A stretch of 64,000 nucleotides of DNA from an uncultured Gemmatimonadales bacterium (GTDB lineage Bacteria > Gemmatimonadota > Gemmatimonadetes > Gemmatimonadales > GWC2-71-9): assembly GCA_963842945.1 (NCBI GenBank), contig CAWJIM010000023.1, positions 448,001-512,000 on the forward strand, read 5' to 3'. Positions 60,656-64,000 of the stretch are shown here, one piece after another. The translations under genes and the position numbers were made by a program. Below the pieces are notes generated by a model that was not told the DNA's origin, searched no databases, and was given only the letters and a program-made list of their open reading frames with translations. Position 1 is the stretch's first letter; every line of letters begins with the position of its first letter.

Positions 60656-62134
60656 TCAGGACGCCGGCTTGACTCCCCCTACTACCCGTTTCACCGTTCG
60701 CCCTGCCTGAAGCGCCGTCGATGGATCTTCTACCTCGTTGATGATCGCCAGCTCCTGAACCGGGATGGATGAAGGGTACTGGCTGTTGAATTGTTCCAGC
60801 GACATGGAGCGGTTGAGCTTGACCAGTTCAATCCGAGCCGGGCTGACGTTGAGCTTGGATTGATCCTTCAGCTCGCTGAAGCTGCGGATGGCCCCCTGAA
60901 AGACCTGATCGTAGGTGCCCATCTTCCCGGCGGGCGTATAGCCCATGAGTCCGAAGGTACTCCCACCGTAAGAGATGAACGAGACGATCCCCTGAATGGT
61001 CCCCTGCTCGGTTTGCGCCTGGAAGTAGCTCGAGGCAGCCGGGAGGCCATTGATGCTCGAGGTGGATGACTGCCCCGCCTGTACACCTTGCTGCGACAGG
61101 AACTGCTGGGCGGCCTGCTGCGGCGAGCCCTTCCCCGCGAGCGCGAGCTGAATGATGGCATCCTGGTTTGGACTCATCGATGCCACCGCCGATGGGGTGT
61201 TCTGTACCTGCCATCCATTGGGGAAGCTCATCTGGAACCGCATCTGCGGGTGATAGAAGTGCGTCCCCTCGAAGTAGCCCTGCCGGGGGTCCAGCCCGTA
61301 GGTCATGCCCTGCACGTGTTGGATATACCCCTCCCGGTTGACGATCCCTTTTGTGGGGTCTCGGTGAAGGGTATCGAGCATGTTCTCGATATGCTGGATC
61401 CGGTTTTCGGGCGCCGGGTGCGTGGACAGCCACTCGGGGAGCTTGCCGCTTCCACTGGTCTGGCTGATCCGATCAAGCGTCTCGAAGACCTTAGTCATCT
61501 CCCGCACATCGTAGTCTTCATTCAGTGCATACCGAAAGCCGGCCTGGTCGGCCTGGTTCTCCGCGTCCCGGCCGTACTTCAGGAACAGAACGCTGAGTCC
61601 GGCACTCGCCAGCTGACCGAAGCGGGCAATGTCGGAAGACAGAATGCTGCCGACGCCGAGACCCAACTGGGCCAGCTGCTGCTTGCTGATCTGCTGCACC
61701 GAATGCCGGTTGGTTACGTGGCCGATCTCGTGGCCGACGACCGTGGCCAGTTCGGCCTCGTCATTGATGGATGCCAGCAGCCCACGAGTAACGTAGATGA
61801 AGCCTCCGGGCAGGGCGAACGCGTTGACCGAAGCATCGTCCACCACATGAAACTCCCAGGGCAGGTTGGGCCGCTCGGACGCCGCAGCCATTCGTTTACC
61901 TATGCCCGCCACATAGGCTTCCACTTTGGGATCGTTGTAGAGGCCGATCGTTCGAGCGACGTCCTGAGAGGCCTGCTTGCCCATCTCGATTTCCTGGGAT
62001 TCAGAGATCAGCGCGAGCTCGCTCTTCCCGGTGACGGGATTGCGGGCACAGCTGAGGAGTCCGGCAGCCAGGCAGGAGCCGAGGAAGAGCGAGCGCCAGC
62101 GAGGCAGCGAGCCAAAAGCGAAGCGAGCAGTCAT
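60656..62134 (-). CDS. M48 family metalloprotease lipoprotein (BepA/YfgC-like)
   Basis: LLSC lipobox, NAFALPGG, HEIGH, ENQAD, WLSTHP. Confidence 0.92.
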   Translation of the reverse strand: MTARFAFGSLPRWRSLFLGSCLAAGLLSCARNPVTGKSELALISESQEIEMGKQASQDVARTIGLYNDPKVEAYVAGIGKRMAAASERPNLPWEFHVVDDASVNAFALPGGFIYVTRGLLASINDEAELATVVGHEIGHVTNRHSVQQISKQQLAQLGLGVGSILSSDIARFGQLASAGLSVLFLKYGRDAENQADQAGFRYALNEDYDVREMTKVFETLDRISQTSGSGKLPEWLSTHPAPENRIQHIENMLDTLHRDPTKGIVNREGYIQHVQGMTYGLDPRQGYFEGTHFYHPQMRFQMSFPNGWQVQNTPSAVASMSPNQDAIIQLALAGKGSPQQAAQQFLSQQGVQAGQSSTSSINGLPAASSYFQAQTEQGTIQGIVSFISYGGSTFGLMGYTPAGKMGTYDQVFQGAIRSFSELKDQSKLNVSPARIELVKLNRSMSLEQFNSQYPSSIPVQELAIINEVEDPSTALQAGRTVKRVVGGVKPAS

Positions 62135-62283
62135 AGGTCGTTCCTGGGTTCTCGTTGTATCGCCGGATCTCATGATGAGCACCCGGCTTACGCGCCGGGC
62201 CGGAGTTCACCATAAGCCGCTCCGCCGACCCGGGCTGTGATCCGCGTCCCCCTAATGCAAGACGCGGACCCGGCCCGTGGCAC

Positions 62284-62877
62284 TCAGGGGACCGTCATGC
62301 CAGCAGTAGGCACCGCCATAAACCGCCCCGCGATCAGCCCGATGACCATGAACAGCACGATCGCCGCGAGAATGACCACTGCCGTGTACGCCACGGCCTT
62401 CTCCCGGGGAGCCTTCATCACAATAGGAAGGCCCAAGTAGAGCAGGTACAGGCTGTACAAGCCGAGAATGGAGAGCAGACGGAGGCCCGGAATCAGATGG
62501 AATATTCCGGCGATCCAGCTAGCGGTAGCGGAGTAAGCGGCGACCTTCAGAGCCTGGATCTGACTGCGCTGCCCATTGAAGGTGGGAGCCAGGGCATCGA
62601 TGATGAGAGCCAGGACGTACGTGGCCCCCAGTGAGAGGACGTAGGAAACCAGCGCGCTGGTAATGGCCGTGCCGATAGGCACCCGATACGTGCCCACGAA
62701 GGGCACCGAAATGCCGAACACGGAATACCCGATGAGCTGCGCGATAGGCCCGATCGCGGCAAGCGGAACGATGTAGCCGGTGTACAATTGCGCCGGAGTG
62801 GTGGCCTCCGCGTCGATGACCTGCCACTCGGCTCGGGGGGACATCAGGATACGCTTGACGCGATCGATGAGGTTCAT
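62284..62877 (-). CDS. Yip1 family membrane protein
   Basis: P..EW..I, multiple TM helices, IDALAPTF, LKVAAYS, YLLYLGLP. Confidence 0.88.
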   Translation of the reverse strand: MNLIDRVKRILMSPRAEWQVIDAEATTPAQLYTGYIVPLAAIGPIAQLIGYSVFGISVPFVGTYRVPIGTAITSALVSYVLSLGATYVLALIIDALAPTFNGQRSQIQALKVAAYSATASWIAGIFHLIPGLRLLSILGLYSLYLLYLGLPIVMKAPREKAVAYTAVVILAAIVLFMVIGLIAGRFMAVPTAGMTVP

Positions 62878-63074
62878 CACGCTCTCCATGGTGGGTCAAT
62901 AAGGCGGAAGGAAAACGACGTGATATGATGTGGCGGGAATCGAGGCCCGTCCAGAGCGGCGACGTGATAGGGATCACACCCACAGGGCGGTGCCATGGTT
63001 CGCGCCCGGCCGCACCTCGTCGTACCTTGAGCCATCCAGCTGAAGCTCCGCTCAGTATCCAACCAGGAGCAACC

Positions 63075-63698
63075 ATGTACCCACGTACCGTATTCCTGTT
63101 CGTCTGGCTTGCGGCCGCATGCGGCGGCGGGAGGATGCGAGTAGCACAAGGGGAACCGGAAAACGACACTGCGGTCGCGCTCGCCCCGGAGCAGGAAGCC
63201 GCTCCCGATTCGAGTCTCAACTCGCCTCCTTCACCCTCGCCACAACCCCCCGTTCAGGACACCACCCCGGCCCAACAGGGCTACGCGCCCTATAACGCCA
63301 GCGGCAACTCCGCCAGTCTGGAGATTCGGCGCATTGGAGAGTGGAGTCACACGGGAATCAGGGAAGCAAGGCGGATGGTGATTCAGGACGCCAACGCTTG
63401 GGCAGAGTTCTGGTCCGAGCTGGGTGTGGGCGACCGCCCGGCCGTGGACTTCACCCGGGACATCGTAATTGCGGTAGCAGCCGGGGAGCGTCCCAGCGGG
63501 GGGCACGAGATCGCCGTGAGCCGGGTAACCCAGGCCAACGGCGAGCTCCGGGTGGAAGTCCGCGAAACCGCCCCCGGGCCCAATTGCCTCTCGACCTCGA
63601 ATCTGACGCAACCAGTGGACGTTATTGTGGTGCAAGGAGTTAAGCCCAAATCCTGGAGCTTCGTGGAGCAGAAGGACGTGCGCAGCTGCAGCCCCTGA
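63075..63698 (+). CDS. Lipoprotein with PrcB C-terminal domain
   Basis: AGGAG RBS, LAAAC lipobox, PAVDF, GERPSGGHEI, LTQP pattern. Confidence 0.8.
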   Translation: MYPRTVFLFVWLAAACGGGRMRVAQGEPENDTAVALAPEQEAAPDSSLNSPPSPSPQPPVQDTTPAQQGYAPYNASGNSASLEIRRIGEWSHTGIREARRMVIQDANAWAEFWSELGVGDRPAVDFTRDIVIAVAAGERPSGGHEIAVSRVTQANGELRVEVRETAPGPNCLSTSNLTQPVDVIVVQGVKPKSWSFVEQKDVRSCSP

Positions 63699-63797
63699 CA
63701 GGTAACCAGCCCTATCTGGCGGCAGGTCCTACACATGCGAGTTCGCATCTCTTCCCGGCAACGCCGGAGCCGATCCGTGGGCCCGGCTTAAGGCGGG

Positions 63798-63810
63798 TAA
63801 GCCATTGATT
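63798..63810. promoter_or_regulatory. IHF-like binding site
   Basis: TAAGCCATTGATT fits YAANNNNTTGATW exactly, in the final intergenic region. Confidence 0.45.
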
Positions 63811-64000
63811 GGACTAAACTTACGTTGGACTTGACTTGCCTATAAGGAGGGTCGTTATTCACCGACAGGACCCAACTCTGGTGGTCCACTGAACGCTTGT
63901 CCGGCTGCATCCAGCGGTCGGAGACTGACAGTATTGGATGTCGAACCCTCATCGTACTCTGGCACCAGCACTGGCTCCTGCCGGCCGTCCCCTGCACTAC

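Noticed and set aside
62241..62268. Hairpin TCCGCGTC-N12-GACGCGGA between Yip1 and M48 genes
   Set aside because: No U-tract and no recognisable riboswitch features; too little support to call.
63960..63976. TGGCAC as a second sigma54 promoter
   Set aside because: The -12 element is wrong: GG-N10 is followed by GG, not GC.

Overview
This is a GC-rich (roughly mid-60s % by eye), gene-dense core chromosomal region of a diderm bacterium. Gene content and protein style suggest Gemmatimonadota or a related FCB-group lineage (inference, not a database result). In order along the window: an LPS/glycan cluster (GT4/GT2 glycosyltransferases, methyltransferase, MsbA-like exporter, PorX-like REC-PglZ regulator, GT9 heptosyltransferase); a DnaB-like C-terminal-domain protein; a long plus-strand operon (yebC-ruvCAB-queA-dinB-tgt-yajC-def-fmt-thiESG-rsmB-PASTA-rpe-tlpA-tsaD-lgt); a converging minus-strand block (bamA/tamA-like, tamB, lipid kinase, NtrC-type regulator, Cys-rich miniprotein, NlpC/P60, HAD, acpS, cytochrome c-FTR1 iron permease, rraA); a peptide ABC pair with dacB; FNR, pduO, aroB, a short sigma70 factor, LON-N, glcDEF, HAD, ygfZ, an AAA+/VWA pair, an M48 protease, Yip1 and a PrcB-C lipoprotein. 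I saw no tRNA, rRNA, CRISPR array, transposase or prophage. Many single-base indels and one in-frame amber codon, some in essential genes, point to assembly errors. The most notable non-annotated signals are: (1) a sigma54-promoted, highly structured, terminator-bounded ~135-nt ncRNA candidate at 27.8-27.9 kb; (2) miniature palindromic elements built from tandem 7/8-mers, one of them inserted in frame in tgt; (3) two <60-aa Cys-rich zinc-finger genes missed by the ORF track; (4) strong D-(S/T)-hydrophobic sequon enrichment in exported proteins, suggesting general protein O-glycosylation; (5) a truncated DnaB paralogue and an orphan PorX-like regulator.
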